Shown: positions 1-14,462, counted from the first letter of the stretch. The stretch: 64,000 nucleotides of DNA from Raillietiella orientalis (GCA_036172245.1 JAYWIR010000022.1:1240001-1304000), one strand, 5' to 3'. Program-made: numbers and translations. Notes: generated from the sequence alone by a model not told the origin.

Positions 1-3000
1 CACACCGCCGACGGCGTTGGCTTGCCCGGAAGGGGGAAGGAGGAGGAGGATTGAAGGGATCTTCCGCCCTTGCCCACTCCTCTGTTCCGGGAAAGATGAC
101 CGGGAAGGGAGACATCTGCTGGTGAGACCCCGAAAGAAGCTGTTCCTCCGGAACTTGGGGTCCCAGCCTTGCCTCCCCTATCAGGTTGCATGGCAACGCC
201 TCGGCATCTGGCCGCTCCCAGGAACTCCGCAGAGGACCCTGGTGTCGCCCCTCGGGATGAGCTCCTTCTCCCGTTTTCATTTCTTCACCTCTTCCTCCCC
301 TTCTTCCTTTTTCCCCGGGAGCGGGTCCGCCTTCTCTCACGTCCCGGTCACTCCAGCCCTCTCTGAGCTGTCTGGATCGTCCCTTCTGTTGCTCTCTGAT
401 ATCTACGGGAACTCCCCCTTTCCCTCTCCCGACCCAGCAGCCAGGGTGGCATGAGAGAGGGGAAAGGGGTCGAATCTTCCAATGTGGAGGTCCCCAGTGG
501 CGATTTCTACTTCTGGACGGGGTGGTCCCTCCCAAGGGCGGACCGCCTCCTGACGCGAGTCCGACGGACGGGGAGCGTCGGCGGAGGGCAGGAAGCTGAT
601 GAAAGGGAAGGAGGCGAGGGGAGAGAAGGAGCAGGGAGAGCGCAGAGTCCTTCTTCCAGCCGCCAGGCCTCAAGGAAGGGAAGGGAGGGAACAAAAGGGC
701 GCACGTCGCCAGCTAATGCATGTGTCCTCTGCGGCCACTTCCTCCCCCATACGCCTTCACTTCCGGTCCGCATCCTCTCCTGAACTGGCTTCCTCGGAAA
801 CGGGAAATGGAGAAAAGGGTATGCGCACGCTGCTCCGCGTGAAGCAGACGCATCAACAGAGGCGACGGCAGCAAGACAAAGCGCTCCGACAAGGACATCG
901 CCTCCTCCCGCGGGGGGTCCCACAGGCAGGCGCCGCCGCCGGCGTCAGATGCGTGCGCGTCTTTCCGCCACGCAGGATGCAGCCTGGAATTCAGCTGGAA
1001 ATAGGCAGGAAGAGGAAAGTTTCCTCCCGGAGCAGGGACGCGGGAACGCAGGAAACGACTGGCCTGATCGGGGGGATGCGGCGACAAACAGCCTGACCCC
1101 CCGGGACTTGGGATTCGGAGAGGCCTTCACTCGACCTCCAGGGTCAAGAAATTCGATCGGGAATTCCCGCGAGGCGGGCGTGGCTTCCCGCGAGTGGCAC
1201 GACGAGGAAGTGGAGCTTCTCCCCTTCATTCTCTTCCCTCGCCAAAGCTCTCGGTCCCCTTCCTCTGGCCCTTCGATTCCTTCTCTTTCAGCCAAGGATG
1301 AGGGGAGGGGAGAGGGAGTCCTGAGTCTGATATGGTGCGAGAAAAGGCAGCGCATCAGGAGACGGGAAGTTCTTCTCCCCTTTCTATGATAGCAAGGGGA
1401 GTGGGGGGTCGCACTTCCCGGAAGGGTCTTCGGTCCATCAGAGAAAGTCTTTCTGCGCTCTGGAAGTCGACTTGGAATCCGCAATTCAAGAGGATGAAAA
1501 TGGGCGCGCGTCGTCGGGAGCATCCCAGCATCGTCGGGTCGGTCACCGCTGCGACCCAGAGGAAAGGGACACAGGGGGGAGGGGATGCGCGCGATCGGGC
1601 GCATGGAACGGCGGTCTCTGATGCGCCCTGAATCTTTCCGTCATCGACAGCGCTGGCTCCGCCGCAGCTCTCCCTCAGTGTCCCTCCAGAAAGGGAAGGA
1701 AGAAAGGGAAGTGCGTCTGGTCCATGGAGACCCCTGGGATCGGAGCGCACCAGACCTGCTCCGAGGCGCGCATGCCTTCTCAGAGGAGACCTCGGAGACA
1801 GACTCCTCGCGCGGACTCCACGCAGGAACGGGGAGGCTCCCGTTCCCTAGGTCTTCCCTGAGGATCTTGCCGAGATGCGCGAGTCTGCTTGTGTCGTACT
1901 CGTCCTCCTCTAGCGCGGGGGCGGAAGAGGGACGAAGGGCAAAGGGAGAGAAGAGAGAGGAAAGGAGCGAAGCTCGAAGGCGCGACGTCAAGCGGTGAAC
2001 ATCCGTGCAACAATTATCGTCTCCCGCTGCTCCCTAGTAACTGCTCATAATTTTTGATTCGCGAGACGCAAACGTGACCTCTGCTCGGAAGGAATGACTC
2101 CAGATTGCTTTTCCTGACTGACGTGTTTCATCCACGAGATTATTATCATCCGGAAAGATTTTCTTTTTTGTCAGTCAAGAAGATAACTGGAGATCATCCA
2201 ATTTTAAGAGGAAGGTCGTTCTTCCCTCTCTCTCTTCTGCTCCTCCTCCTTGTCGGATTGTGCTGGAGCCCAGCTGCTCACTGGTACTCGTTCCTCTGCT
2301 TACTTGCTTGTTTGTCTTTTGGTACAGAGGATCTCGTTTTGCTTTTCTTTTTTTTTAAGCTGTGGCAGGCGATCTGACGCCGCTGAGATGTAGGAAAGAT
2401 GTGGAATCCGAGCAACGACCGGGGAGTGGTGGACGACTCTTACCGTTCCCGTTCTTATGGCGGCCAGGGGATCAGCGGGAGGGAAGGCGTTTATGAAGGG
2501 GGAGGACGACGAAGTGGGGAAGGAGACGCGCAAGAGTCCCTGAGCTGGGGGGAATTTTCTCAGTCTCGCTTCCGCATTCCTTCAACATGAAAATGCGAAA
2601 GGGCAAAAACGCTTCTTTTTTTCCCCTTTTTTTTGGGGTGGGTGGGGATGGGTGGACATCTGACAACTCGTAGGCCAGAAAGTGGTGTCATCTTACGGGT
2701 GCCAATACTCCAGGGTGGCGTGTCGTGGCCTGCTGTTGTCGTCCTCTTGGCTCTCATCTTCTCCTTCGCACGGTGCACTTCCATCCTAACGGAAAAAGGC
2801 TGGCGAGTGCCAGCCGCGCCACGAAAATCCCCATCGCTTTTCTGGCTTTTCTGCAATCCCGTCCAAAGGAGCAATCAGCAAACGCCTCTCGCTCGAAAGA
2901 TTAGGCAAACAACATCCTCCAGAGTCGTAATGCACGTCCTCGTTTTATTTGCCTTGCGAGAAAGACCCTCGCGATAGACGAGCGCAGCATCGCGCGCTTT

Positions 3001-6000
3001 TGTTTTCTTTCCTTCTTTTTTTTTTGGCTGTTGTTTTTTGTGTTTGCTGCTGCTGCTGCAGCAGTTGTTCGGAGGATCTTCCCTGAGTGGGAAAAAGTTC
3101 ATTTTCTGAAGCCGGCGGCTCTTTCATTCGAGAAAGCAGGCAGAGGCGTAAGAGAGTTTGAAGGGGAAAATCCCCTGTTGCACGCGGACACCTTCCAGTC
3201 AGCTCCCCGAGAACGGTTGAGGGAGTTGTTCCCCTGTTCCCTCGAAAACCTCGAGGATGAGCGTGACTGTGCGTTTCCTCGAACAGCCTCCTTGTTTGCT
3301 AGATTTTCCATTTTCGCTGTTATCTCGCAGCATCCTCCCTGTGGGACCTCTTTGCAGAATCTATCGAACTCTTTCCCGTTCACAGGAAGACGCTGCCACC
3401 ACGGCTTTCTCAGGAAAGTAAGTCTTGTGTCCTGGCTGGCTGTTTCCCGCACAGTCCCCAAATCCTTTATCCTGGTACCAATTCCCGATGGAGGGGCCAC
3501 CCGGTGTCTCGTCTTCGATGGCCTGCTCTCGCCGCGACACTGTCCTGGAAAAGACTGCAAGAAATCACGAGGGGCAGAGAGTTTCCCGCTCTCAGCGGCC
3601 TTTCTGTGCTTTTTGCCGCAACAGCTCTCCTGTGGCTCGGTCCTTTCAACCGGCATCCAGGACGGCAGTGCTGGACGCCCATCCGCTGCAAAGACGCGCC
3701 AGCTCGACTCCCTTCTCGCTTGGCGACGCTTTCACGGCATTGAACTCTGCCTTTCCCCTGCAGCTCGCTCAAGGTTCGGTTCGGGTAGAGGTAGGGAAAA
3801 GGGGGGATCCGTAGTTTCCTCCCTCGGACGTTGCCACTCTGGCGCAGGTTGAGTACGTCGGCCCGCTCCTGTTGCCGTTCATTGACTACTGTCGGCAGCC
3901 GGAAACACACGCAGTGGCGCACCACCCCACTCCCAGGAGCACTGCTCCGAACCGACTGCGCTCCCGGACGCTCTTGAACGGACCGCAGAGGAACACACAA
4001 GCGTCTCGTAAGGTCCCGTTTGCGCTGCGGGCGACCAAACCCGGAAGTGACCTCTTCGCCTCTGGTGTGACTTCCTTTCCTTCCTTCCTTTCCTTGTCCT
4101 TTCGTGGGGGTGTTCCGCAGTGCTGGGTCAGATCTATGATACAGATCCAGCAAAGCCTCGGAAAACGCTCTGAGAAATCCTACCAACATCCCGGAATCAG
4201 GAGCGCTCTTCATCATCGCACGGCGTGCGTGCTTTTTCAAGCAGAAAACGACGGGTACCTGCGACCGCTTGGGAGCTTCTTGCCTCGCGAACTTGGGAGC
4301 CTACCCTTCGGCAGCGAACGCGGCGAACTCGGGATAAGAGAAGGTCTAAGGGACATTCAGAGGTTCGAAAGAGGATTGGCCTCGATCCGCTGCCGCGTTT
4401 CGTGTGCAAAGGGTTACTTTGGATGCTGGTATCCTCATTAATCGGATCTCAGAAAAACTGATGCCGAGCCTTCTCTCTGAGAACATCTCTCGTTTAAGGG
4501 TTTCCTTCTCCAGTTTGTTCCCTTCTCCAGATTTGTTTTTCACCAGACATCGTTGTGGGAGATCGAATCCACTGCTTTGTTCTTCTGGCTCTAAACATAT
4601 CTGCGCGGGATATCCCGGCAGCTAATCCCTCACAAGCTGGATTGTACCAAATCGAAAATGGCATCTCAAGGTCTCTCTTACGTTCGCAAGCCGACCTTAG
4701 GAGTGAGTGATGGGTCTAGTAAATGACGACTCCCGCCTCGTGAAAGAACAGCGTTACCTCTCTCGGAGCCATTTAGTGCATTGAGGTATCCGGAGACGGT
4801 TCGACATGTTCGACGAAGCATTTTCAGATTGGATTCTCCAGGAAGGTTGACGGATTGTTAAGCAGTCCAAAACACAAGCAAAATCTCTTCCTAAAGCTTT
4901 GTTGGCTGTATATTCCTTTAAGAAACATATTCCTCAACACAGCTTCTCAATCACTGCATCCTATTCTTACATAACATCGAGGTTCAACTCCCAGTTGGTT
5001 GGGAGGATATCTCATAAGTCCACAATGAACGAGCTTCTTCGCATCATCAGTGGTTTTACCAAGGGAAATTCCCTGATCTGCATTAAAAGCTTTTTTGATA
5101 CTCTCATTAGCATTAGTGAGGAATAGAGGGATTCTTTGGGAAGAATAGTATGTGGGCAATTCTTGGCCCTGTTGGTCCCAATCCTGGCTCATAAAAAAAA
5201 AATTTGCTCTTTTTTAAAGAGGTTCCCAGCACTGAAAGAAAAGTTTTCCCCTTCTTCAATTCCCAAAACTTGTGCTTCTTCCTGTTTCAGAAAAAGAGTG
5301 ATGATCATCAAAATTTACGAGACCCACATGCGTAAACTGATGGAATCGTTCTAAGATAATTTATTTTGAATTTTTTACCAGCTAAAGCAGAAAAGAAACA
5401 AACCGAACGATAGAAGTCTTCAGTAATACTCTTATAATGCGTTACCGATCTCAAGTGAAGAGCCTTTTGAGGAAGGAGATGGTATACAAGGGTTCGTGAA
5501 GAGACACTGACGTCTCCAAGCGCCGATGTGAGGACACTGACTGAATGAATGTTTTCCTCGCATCGGAACGTGAAATGAGAATCATCCTGAAATGTTTTGA
5601 CGGCACCGCAAAGTTTCATCAGAAAGTCATGCCAGAACTCCCCCCTCTCTGCAACGCACAGCCAGATGGGAAGAGCAACGCTTATCTTGTTGCAGGGGAA
5701 AGCAAAGAGATCAAGAATTGTTCCCACTGTATTTCAGCCCAGCTATTTAGCACCGGTGCGAATGTCCTCCCCAGGAGAAAAGGCCTTACGACAGACTTCT
5801 GTGCGTGCAGTTTATGTGTATTGCGAGATTTTGTGCTCGGGATGATAATGGACCGTGCATCTTCACTGTACGGTTTCTTCAGTCGAGACCTTCGTCGCTG
5901 CGACGTGCGAACGACGTCGTCTCATTATCCATCGATGTTATTAGGAAATTCGCTAAATAACAGCAGAGGTTCCAAGTTTCCTAAGCGTATTCCCTTCCAT

Positions 6001-8434
6001 TCTATCCAGCAAACGCTATTATGGCCTGCTGCTCTGGGGCAGGAGTTTCGAATCCACTTGGATCTTACCTCAGCAGTGTCCTCCATCAGGAAGGGGCTCT
6101 TGTGATCTTAAGTAGAGAGTCGTATTCGTCTACCCCATTATCGGTGCAGGACTGAGAGATCCGGAAATGGTGGGCTACAAAAAGACCCTACAGTTTTGTT
6201 GCTGCCACACATCCTTTAGCGTGATGCTTTGTTGAACCCTGGGGGGTTTAGCTCTTTGCTCATCTACACAGCATTCTTTTTTTAAAAAAAAAACTGACCT
6301 GGAAGCATTGAATAAAAATTAAGAGGAGACCCCTTGTGAGTAAAAATTTGACCTTGGGCGCCTGGACAGCGAAAGATAACGTTCTTGAGGAAAGGAATAA
6401 AGATGGAAGCTTCGTCTCAGGCAAAACGAGGGAGAAACGTAATAAAGGAAACACATGATCAGGAGACCTAGTGGATGCTTGCGTTGACCTACATACTAGT
6501 CGGAAGATTTCTCCCAAGCTGATAAGGTGACGCAAAGATAACTGCACCTCATGGTCGAATTGTGCTCTGAATACCTTCCACGTCGGGCCTTCATCTTCGG
6601 CGTATTGTTGGGCCTGAAGTTGATAGGAGCAGTTCGAAGTTACTGACACCTACTGCCGAAGTGTGGGGCGATGGTGAAGAAGAGTGGTGAAGAGGTGAAG
6701 AGAGACCAAAGAAAGGTCTCATCAGAGACAGAGGAACTTGACAACGCGCGTGGAAGGAAAATTGGAGGGGGGAGGAAGGAAAAAGAGAAGCAAAGTGCTC
6801 ACAAAGCAGGGATACCTGGAGCGCAAAGAGGCGAAGAACAAATGAAAACTTTTCTTCTCCATGAAAAAATCCAAGTATTCACAAGGTTTCGGGAGGAAGA
6901 AACATCTCTAAAATGGAACCCCATAGCGAACTGTCTTACAGAGGCTGGCAGCGTGGTGGCTGCCTTTCAGACGAAGGATCATAACAAAGACCTAAGTCTT
7001 AATCTCAATAGGAATCATAAATGCTGTTAATGGACCAAATCTAATAGAATTTTAGGCCCTGGGCAATGAGTGCCCTTAACTTCTCTCTCCCGAGATCACC
7101 ATAGTTGTGCAAGCCCTTGAGATTACTGATACATTTTGAGTGGTGCAGATTCTTTGGTCGTAACGCAAACAGGAAGGCCTCTGGTCAAATAAGTGCGAGC
7201 TCCGTCGGAATCAGCTTGAAGGTATTGAATGCGGTTTTCTGTGGAAACATTTATTTATAGAGCAAACGGATGAGTACCAAGGCTGGAATTGCCCTCAACA
7301 TTCGTTTCACGGCATCATCGACAGCGCTCGGCGCGAAACTCGTGCAAGCGCACGTACTCTGCTGAAGCATTCGATCTCGTGCTTTAAGGCCTTCAGGTGT
7401 CAATGATTGCTGAGAACACACTGTGTTTTCCAGAGCATTTCAAAAGTAGAGGTGCCATGCGAAGAAAGAAAGCAGGACAGCTTCCATGCTCTTTGTGTAT
7501 CTTATCCATCAGTTCTAGACAAGCTCTCATAGAGTCTCAGTGAGATGCCAGTGGTGTGCTCTTCATCATTAGGAACTCCCAACTCTTTCTGAACTCATGG
7601 CTTGACACTCTGAATCACGTGGATCTCCTGTAGCACTTGTACATATGAAGGCCAGGTGATGAGTTCTTTCTTCTTCGAAAGATGGTTTCTTTGCAGGATC
7701 ATCTTTGACTTTCTTTCACTCTCACGTTGTCAGAATACAGTTGTACCGATAGGTAGAGCGATCTCATTTGGAATTCTCCCCATCTCGAAGAGGGACTCCA
7801 ACAAATATTCGTTTTCTCCCAACGCGCAATCCACCCCAGAGTAATAGGTTTTATTTCTTTTTCTTCTTGTTCTCACAGCAGCATCAGACAATGAGGCGTA
7901 TGATTCCCACTCGGGAACTCGGAAAATCCGATGCCTATGTGGTGAGTTCAGTCCCTCGAACGCCCGCTGCTCTGCAGGCTGCTCTGGTAATCCGAGTAGA
8001 AGCCGACAGAGAATTCCTTCGCGCCGTCTCTTTCTCATGAGCGCTCCTTGCATCACCTGCTGCGCCTCCTGCTTCCAAGGGCGTTTCCCCCTCACGCTGA
8101 GAGGATCCGAACGGGTGATAACCGGCGACGCGCGCACAGGAGCAGTACCAACAAATCAGCCAGCTCCATCTATCAACGGGGATGAAAAAGACCGTTTGCT
8201 GTCCTTGTAGAGCATCGGTTCGCGGGCGTGCTAGAGACGGACTCAGGTTTCCCCACATGTTGGGAAGGGTCGCTAGTTCGCCTTCCCTCTAATAGAAGCC
8301 CCAGAAAAGTAGCGACGGCTCACGGCTGGTCTCATGGTGAACTCATCAGAAACCTCCTGAGGCACTGGTTTGCACCCACCCGATGACGTTCCCTGTTTGG
8401 GTCATTCCCGGTAGCTGTCCCAGGATCTGAATCC

Positions 8435-8780
8435 TAACAATACAGTAGTCAATAGCATTAGTTGCAGCTAACTGTAGATAGGAACAAGAACAGCAACGGG
8501 CAGCATTAATGACAGCGGTCACGGTCTCCGGCCGCAGCAGCGGTTGTTGCAGCAGCAAGAACAGTGGCGTCCGTACTGAGAAGTTGAAATGGGAACCGAT
8601 CGGGATAGAGTAGAGTGGAGTGCATGACAGAAGGAGGGGTAGGATGGCACGGCACGAGGCACGGCTCAAGATAAGAACGAGATGAAGCGGGATGTAAAGT
8701 GCGATGGAATAGAGCAGGATGAAGCGAGACAGAATAGGGTGCCAAGTGCGAATAGTGGTGCCGGTAGGTGTGGTAAGGAG
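8435..8780. repeat. Old degenerate microsatellites: trinucleotide-like, then pentanucleotide-periodic
   Basis: aac/aat/agt/agc-type triplets at about 8435-8570, then 5-nt periodicity (gatag agtag agtgg agtgc; gatgg aatag agcag gatga agcga gacag aatag) at about 8601-8780. Confidence 0.55.
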
Positions 8781-11700
8781 CGTCCCAGGAAAGGAAGAGA
8801 TCGTGCTGCCAAGAGCTTTGACCCGAAGCACGAAAGGGGGTGCATCAAGGACGAATTTTCTCCCCCCCCCCCTCCTCTTCCCTTCCTCTTAGCCGCTAGA
8901 CCGAGCGGCGGCGACCTCTCCCTCTCTAAATCTCCTGCTGGCCGGTTTCAAGAGGCCGATCTAAAGGACGGTTGGTCTGCAGGATTCCGATGCCTCTAGA
9001 GCCTCCCGTCGGTAGAGGATTTTCGACCTTCATTCCGTGTGAATCTGGCACCACGATGGTCCGCGAGAAATGGAAAATCCCTTTGGCCGGTGTAGCTGCT
9101 GAACAGTCGGGAGACGTTCCGAACCACGTGGGCGCAGGTCGACTCGAGGGAGCAAAAGAAATTCCCCCAATTCCTCCGTCATTGTGAACTCCCTCAGCGT
9201 GTGCGCGTGCTTACTCGAGGCTTTTGGGACCCTTCCCGGAAGCGAGGCAAAGGGAGGTTCTCCGGGATTCTCCTCCTGTGGCTCATCCTCCCTCCGCACC
9301 AGCCTATGAGGAGAGGTTTCGGTTCCCTGGGTCCTTTCCGGGTACTCCCCACGGCCATCGTGAAGCGAGGCCCAGCTCTGCAGCTGCGGATCAGGTGAAG
9401 GAAAGAAATCCGGACCCTTCTCCCCCTCGATCCTAGAAAACGCTTCCGTAGGGAGGAACTGGCGGAGGGGAAGAGTTTCGAGTCCCGGGAAGAGCGAGAG
9501 TCGCTATCCATCCCTAGAGGAAGCTTGGAGGCCAGCAACGAATGCTCCTCCGCCTCTCTTTTTCTAATGATAAGCAGCGGCAATCCACCCTTCTTCCTTG
9601 CTCCTCCTCCTCCACAGACTGGGGATTCGCTGGCTTGCCCTCGGAAAGGAGAAGACTGCCCGCTCTCTCCCAAAGGACCCAGTTCCCGACGTATCGGAAG
9701 CTGTCAGAGAAATTCCAGCGTGAGGATTTCTCATTCGTTCGCTCGTCCATGGGCAAGGTTGCACTCAGTTCGATGCTCTCGTTGCTTCTGATGCTGCTGT
9801 CGAGATGTTTTCCGTCGTGGCTGGCTGGAGTTCCCCTTGGTTCCCTCTCCGGCTTCCATATTCCTCCCCCTTGAGGTTCTTCAAAACGGAGGTTCTTCAA
9901 ATCCCAGGTTTTTGCGGTACAGGGCCTGTAGGGTGGGCAGCAAAAAGAGGAAGGAAGGAGAGAGATCAGAAGGAGTTCCTCTTCCTCTCCTTTCGCCTCT
10001 CTCTCCTTTTCGGCAGCGAAAGGCAAAAAACGCGTCTTCCCTGCGTCGCTGCGGTGGTACAGGACTGCCGCGGAGGGCACCGCCATCTTCCCTGCCTGGA
10101 CGTGCGACACCGCGCGAAGCTCCCCCGCTCTCTGGAAACTCCCCACCCACGCTGAGGATTTTCGAGAGGCAGCGTTTCCAGGAAGCAGCAAGATCGGATC
10201 TCGGAGGTGAGCCTATTGAAGGCCTCACTCTCCATGGATCTTTCCGGACTTTTGCGGTCCTCCTCCTTCCGCCTTATCCCTCTCTCCGGAAAAAGGCCAC
10301 GGTCTTTCTCCTATTTCTCCCTCTCTGAGCTCCGCTGAGTCGCCAGCGCGTTCTCTTGGCAACGCCTCCCGAAACGCGCGTGGTCGCAGACCTGTCTTCT
10401 GATCTTTCCTTCGCGCGTGGCTGAGCTCCTGAAGGAGCCACACGCGCGGGAAGTGAGGAGGGACGGCGCTTCGTCATGACGCAGCGGTCACGGCCCTCTC
10501 CGTAGCTCGGGAAAGCACTTCTGTCACTCATCCCCCGGACATGAGTCCCCGCTTCTGTCCAGCCCTGGTGGACCGGATGGGAAAGCGTCTGCGGGAAACT
10601 CCCGAGGAAGGTGTCGTGGGGATCCTTCCTCCGCAGCCTCTGGACCCGAGATGCCTGTCGATCTCCGCAGGCATCTCGGCCATGCCGCGCTTCGAGGCCC
10701 GGCCACCTTGTGGAGACCCTCGTGGTTGCGTGGGCGGCGCAGGAGGAAATGCGCGCATTCGCGGTTCAGATCCCCGAGCGTCCAAGACTCGAGCCCGGAC
10801 CGAAAGCGCCACCCGACCGCTTCTGAAGGAGAGGCACCATGCCGCCTCACCACGTCCATCCTGGCGAGGCACCCGAATCCCGGTCAGACAGGAGTCCCTC
10901 CCGGACGGCGTGCCTCTCGAAGGCCCCGCCTCGAGCCAGGCTTGTACCCAGCTGGCGCTCCTCACATCCGTGGTCGCTAGGACTCGGGAGAGATCCCGTT
11001 CCACATGGTCCCTCCTCCTCCCCCACTTTCGATCAGTGAGAAGCCCCCTTTCGTGCCCTTGAGCGTCCCCCTCGCTGCGCCCTCCCCTCCCCCACTCCCC
11101 AGTCAGCACCAGGCGAGACTTTCGAGAACAGTAGGGAAAACTCACGCTCACGAGGTGCTGAGATTAAAAAAGACTGGGCACCAAGGATGCTGCAAGGCAC
11201 AGCGTTCCTACGAACCCATTTCGGAACTCCGCAAATGGACATTTCAGATGGGAACCTGCCCCTGCTTTGAGTCACCCTCCCTACCCCCGCCTCCCTCCAC
11301 GTGCGGTCTCGTGTTGCCTCGTTCGCTTCCCTGGTCGGGCAGCAGCAGCGAGGAGCCGCGGCGATCGAAAAAGACGGAACCCCCCGCCAAGAATTATTGG
11401 AGCTTCCTGCTCCTCCTGCTTTTCCCCCGTCCGCGCTTTCTTTTCCGTTTTTGGTCCATTCTTCCGCATCTCGATTAAGAGCTTCTCCTCCGAAAGTGCA
11501 AAGGGAGGGCGCTTAGCACTCGGCTCAGATTTTCGCTCCGCATCTCCGCGGACCGCCTCGAGAGCGGATCCAGCCGAGCGGATGAGGCCCCAGCTGAGCG
11601 CACCTGCCCGACCCTCCACCTGCGTCCGTCGAATGGGAAAAGAGCCGAACGTCCCCTCCGCCGGTGCGACCCGCCCTCGACTACGAGCGCCTGAGACGAC

Positions 11701-13945
11701 AGAACCGCCAATCAGAATCGCGAGCGAGCAGATCGTCGTCTCACGGAGGTGGCCGCCGCGGGCTTCCGGAGAGCGCTGACTCCCCGTGACCCTCCGCCTT
11801 CGAAGGCCGGGAAAAGACGGCTCTCGCGAGCTCCTCCGCGTCTCTCCTCCTGCTGAAAGGAAAAAAACAGCACCCCTCTCCCTGTTTCCTTCCCAGATGC
11901 AGTTTCGGGAATGGTTTTACTCCGTCAAGTATCACGGAACCGATTCGCTCCGTCGAATTACTTGGCGAGAATCCTACTTCCTCCAAATTGTTTTCCCTGA
12001 AGCCATTGTATCCCCGGAGTTGGTCCCTACTGTCCGCACAATTTCCTATGTATCGTTTCCAGAGAATACACAGCAATACAACTCGCATCCGTGGCGAAAG
12101 AATATCTGTTTCGTTTACTGCGAGTGATGGAGGAAATCCGGAAAACAATAAAAGATTGTTGCAAGGATAATGATTTCGCCGTTCGAGCATTCCCGACAAT
12201 CGCAAAAATCCCCACGGGCTCCCGTGTATCCCTTCTGCTCAGCGCCCGCTTCAAGTTCTCGAAGCATCTGCTTTGACACTTGAAAAAACGGAAACGGCAC
12301 ATTTTCTTCTTCTTCTTCTTTCCTTTCCTTTCCTTTATTACGTGTGATGCTGCGTGCATCCGAAAGCAGTTGCGTTTGCCTCTTCCGCCTCTGCGAACAG
12401 GTCTTCTAGCGAGTTCATCCGGATTTTGCGAATTTGAAAAAAAGGATCTCTGGGGTTTTGCCTCTGATGCTTTTCCTTTCCGAAAGACAGCAACAACAAC
12501 AAAAAAAGGGGCGGGGGGCAGTTCATTCCGTAGACTTCGGGCTTGCCGATCAGCTTCCGCTCTGCGAGAGCGAGTCGCAGCTCGCTCGCCACCAAGGCTG
12601 CACTGTCGGTCGTCCGCACCGAGAGGATGGCCGCTCTTAGCTACAGAGAAGCAGGGCGACCTCTGTTGCCAGCCGACGAAACTCTCCTTTCTTCCTTCCC
12701 CTTTTCCCCACAGCCCTTCCTCGAGCGCCGCGGAGTCTCCAAGGACGAGCGAGGACAGTATCTCCCCCCCCCCCACACAGCTTGGTACCGGGTGATGGCG
12801 GGCAGTGCGAGGCCGGGCCTGCCGTGCGAGGAAGCCACCAGAATGAGCAGCCATCCACCAGAGAGCGCTGCCGTTCCCCCCCCCCCCCCCTCCTGCTCGT
12901 GGCCCTGTGCCGTCCTCTTTATTCTTCCGCGTCCCGTCTCCTCTGCTGATCGTCACTTAGCTCCTGGAGCAGCAGATGCTCGAGGCACCGCGGAGCACGC
13001 CGCGAGCGGGAGAGCCACTCCCAGTCGGGCAGGAATCCCATCTCTTGCCGTTTCGCTCTTCCTTCCCCGCACCGCCAGGTGGTCCTCCTCCTGTCCGAGG
13101 AGCAGAAATGGAATGGCACGTACGGGGAAGTCAGCCTTCCGCTGCCTAAGCACTTCCGGAACCGACTGCACAAGGGAGATCAAATGCGAACGCCCCCGCG
13201 AAGTTCACGAAAGGGGAGCAGCTATAATTACTTTAGCAAACTTTTGATGGATGTATTCCTGTGCCGTTTTGAGCCCCCGCTGGGGGTCGGGAGTCTGGGG
13301 ACGAGAGGCAGCCGAAAATAAGTAAAGGGGGCGGGCGCACAAAATCTGGGAAAGGTGGGGGTCTCGCGATCGTGAAGCCATTCTCCCGCTGTCCTCTACA
13401 GAATCCTGATTTGGCGAGCAGCACAGGGTGCCTAAGGGATTTAAGGGACGCGGGAAAGGGAAGGAAAGTGATGACGTTCGAAACTGATTCCTGGCCAGCT
13501 ACTTTGTTAGTACGCACGGGTGACCTCAGGGTGGATGGCGCGTTATCGGAGACCCGCGGTTCGCTGTGGAGGAAACCGCCGAGAGTCCGTCCCCTTGTGA
13601 AAGCTGCTTCCGGCGAGCTCTCCCCCCCTCCCGCCCCCACCGCTCGCAGGTCGATACCCGCGCATCAAAACTTTCAGCCCGTGCGCGGGGCGGCGGCCTC
13701 TCCAGGGGGGAGCTGGGAGGAGGAGGGAGAGGATCTGGGGAGCCTCGAAGAGAGCCAACGGCTTTCTGCGATGACGCTCTTGGATTCCGGTTCACCGAAA
13801 ATGGCCGTTCTCTTTGCGACCTCTGGGGAAGGAATGGAGAGGAACGCTTCATCTCTGATCTTCCTCCGAGTGTTCTGTGCGGTGATTGAGAAACTCCGCG
13901 ACCGCACTTTTCTGCATGAAATGTTATTTGTTGGTTTCATTTTAG

Positions 13946-14055
13946 TTCTTTCTTTCCGACATCCAGGATTTGAAGAACCCATTCTAAACGTTACGGCGCC
14001 TCTGGGGCGGGAAGTAGGCATGAAGTGCGTGATCGAAAATCTGGGAGAATACAAG
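13946..14055 (+). CDS. DIP/lachesin-like 3-Ig adhesion protein, exon A (first half of Ig1)
   Basis: Acceptor ttcattttag| and donor AAG|gtaact. Encodes (x)LSFRHPGFEEPILNVTAPLGREVGMKCVIENLGEYK, matching the DIP/lachesin Ig1 start P.F.EPI.NVT...GR....C.V.NLG.YK. Phase 1 in, phase 0 out. An alternative acceptor would start the exon at 13967. Confidence 0.85.
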
Positions 14056-14245
14056 GTAACTGGGATTCCAAGGTTCTGCCGCGCGGAGTGCCGGCTTGTT
14101 GAGCTCGCGGGACGTCCCTGAAAGATCGCCCGTCGCAACCCCAGCAACGGCATCCAGCGGGATCCTGCAGCCCTTTGTCCCTCCTGCCTGTCTGTTCACT
14201 GGGGCTCACGGGAGGTGCAGGGGAGCTGAAGACAGTAGGCGACCA

Positions 14246-14462
14246 GGCGGCAAAACAAGCGGCGAACCGCCGAATGAGAGCAGGGTGGGATGGACCCTGC
14301 AAGGGTCCATAGGATATGAGCAGGGTGGGATGGCGGCAAAACAAGCGGCGAACCGCCGAATGAGAGCAGGGTGGGATGGACCCTGCAAGGGTCCATAGGA
14401 TATGAGCAGGGTGGGATGGCGGCAAAACAAGCGGCGAACCGCCGAATGAGAGCAGGGTGGGA
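14246..14462. repeat. Tandem repeat, 86-bp unit, ~2.5 identical copies
   Basis: Units start at 14246, 14332 and 14418 (ggcggcaaaacaagcggcgaaccgccgaatgagagcagggtgggatggaccctgcaagggtccataggatatgagcagggtgggat). Confidence 0.95.

Noticed and set aside
9749..9839. Candidate signal-peptide exon for the Ig gene (MGKVALSSMLSLLLMLLSRCF...); similar hydrophobic stretches at about 2175-2284 and 2648-2772
   Set aside because: None combines a good ATG with a convincing phase-1 donor, and pyrimidine tracts naturally translate as hydrophobic runs.
1..13900. Many overlapping 100-300 aa ORFs in the GC-rich left part (for example 3031-3852 and 12027-12956)
   Set aside because: Arg/Pro/Ser/Gly-rich translations in all six frames with no domain motifs, as expected where GC-rich non-coding DNA has few stop codons.
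14246..14462. CRISPR-like alternation of repeats and spacers
   Set aside because: The spacers themselves repeat (A,B,A,B), there are no cas genes, and the context is a eukaryotic intron.
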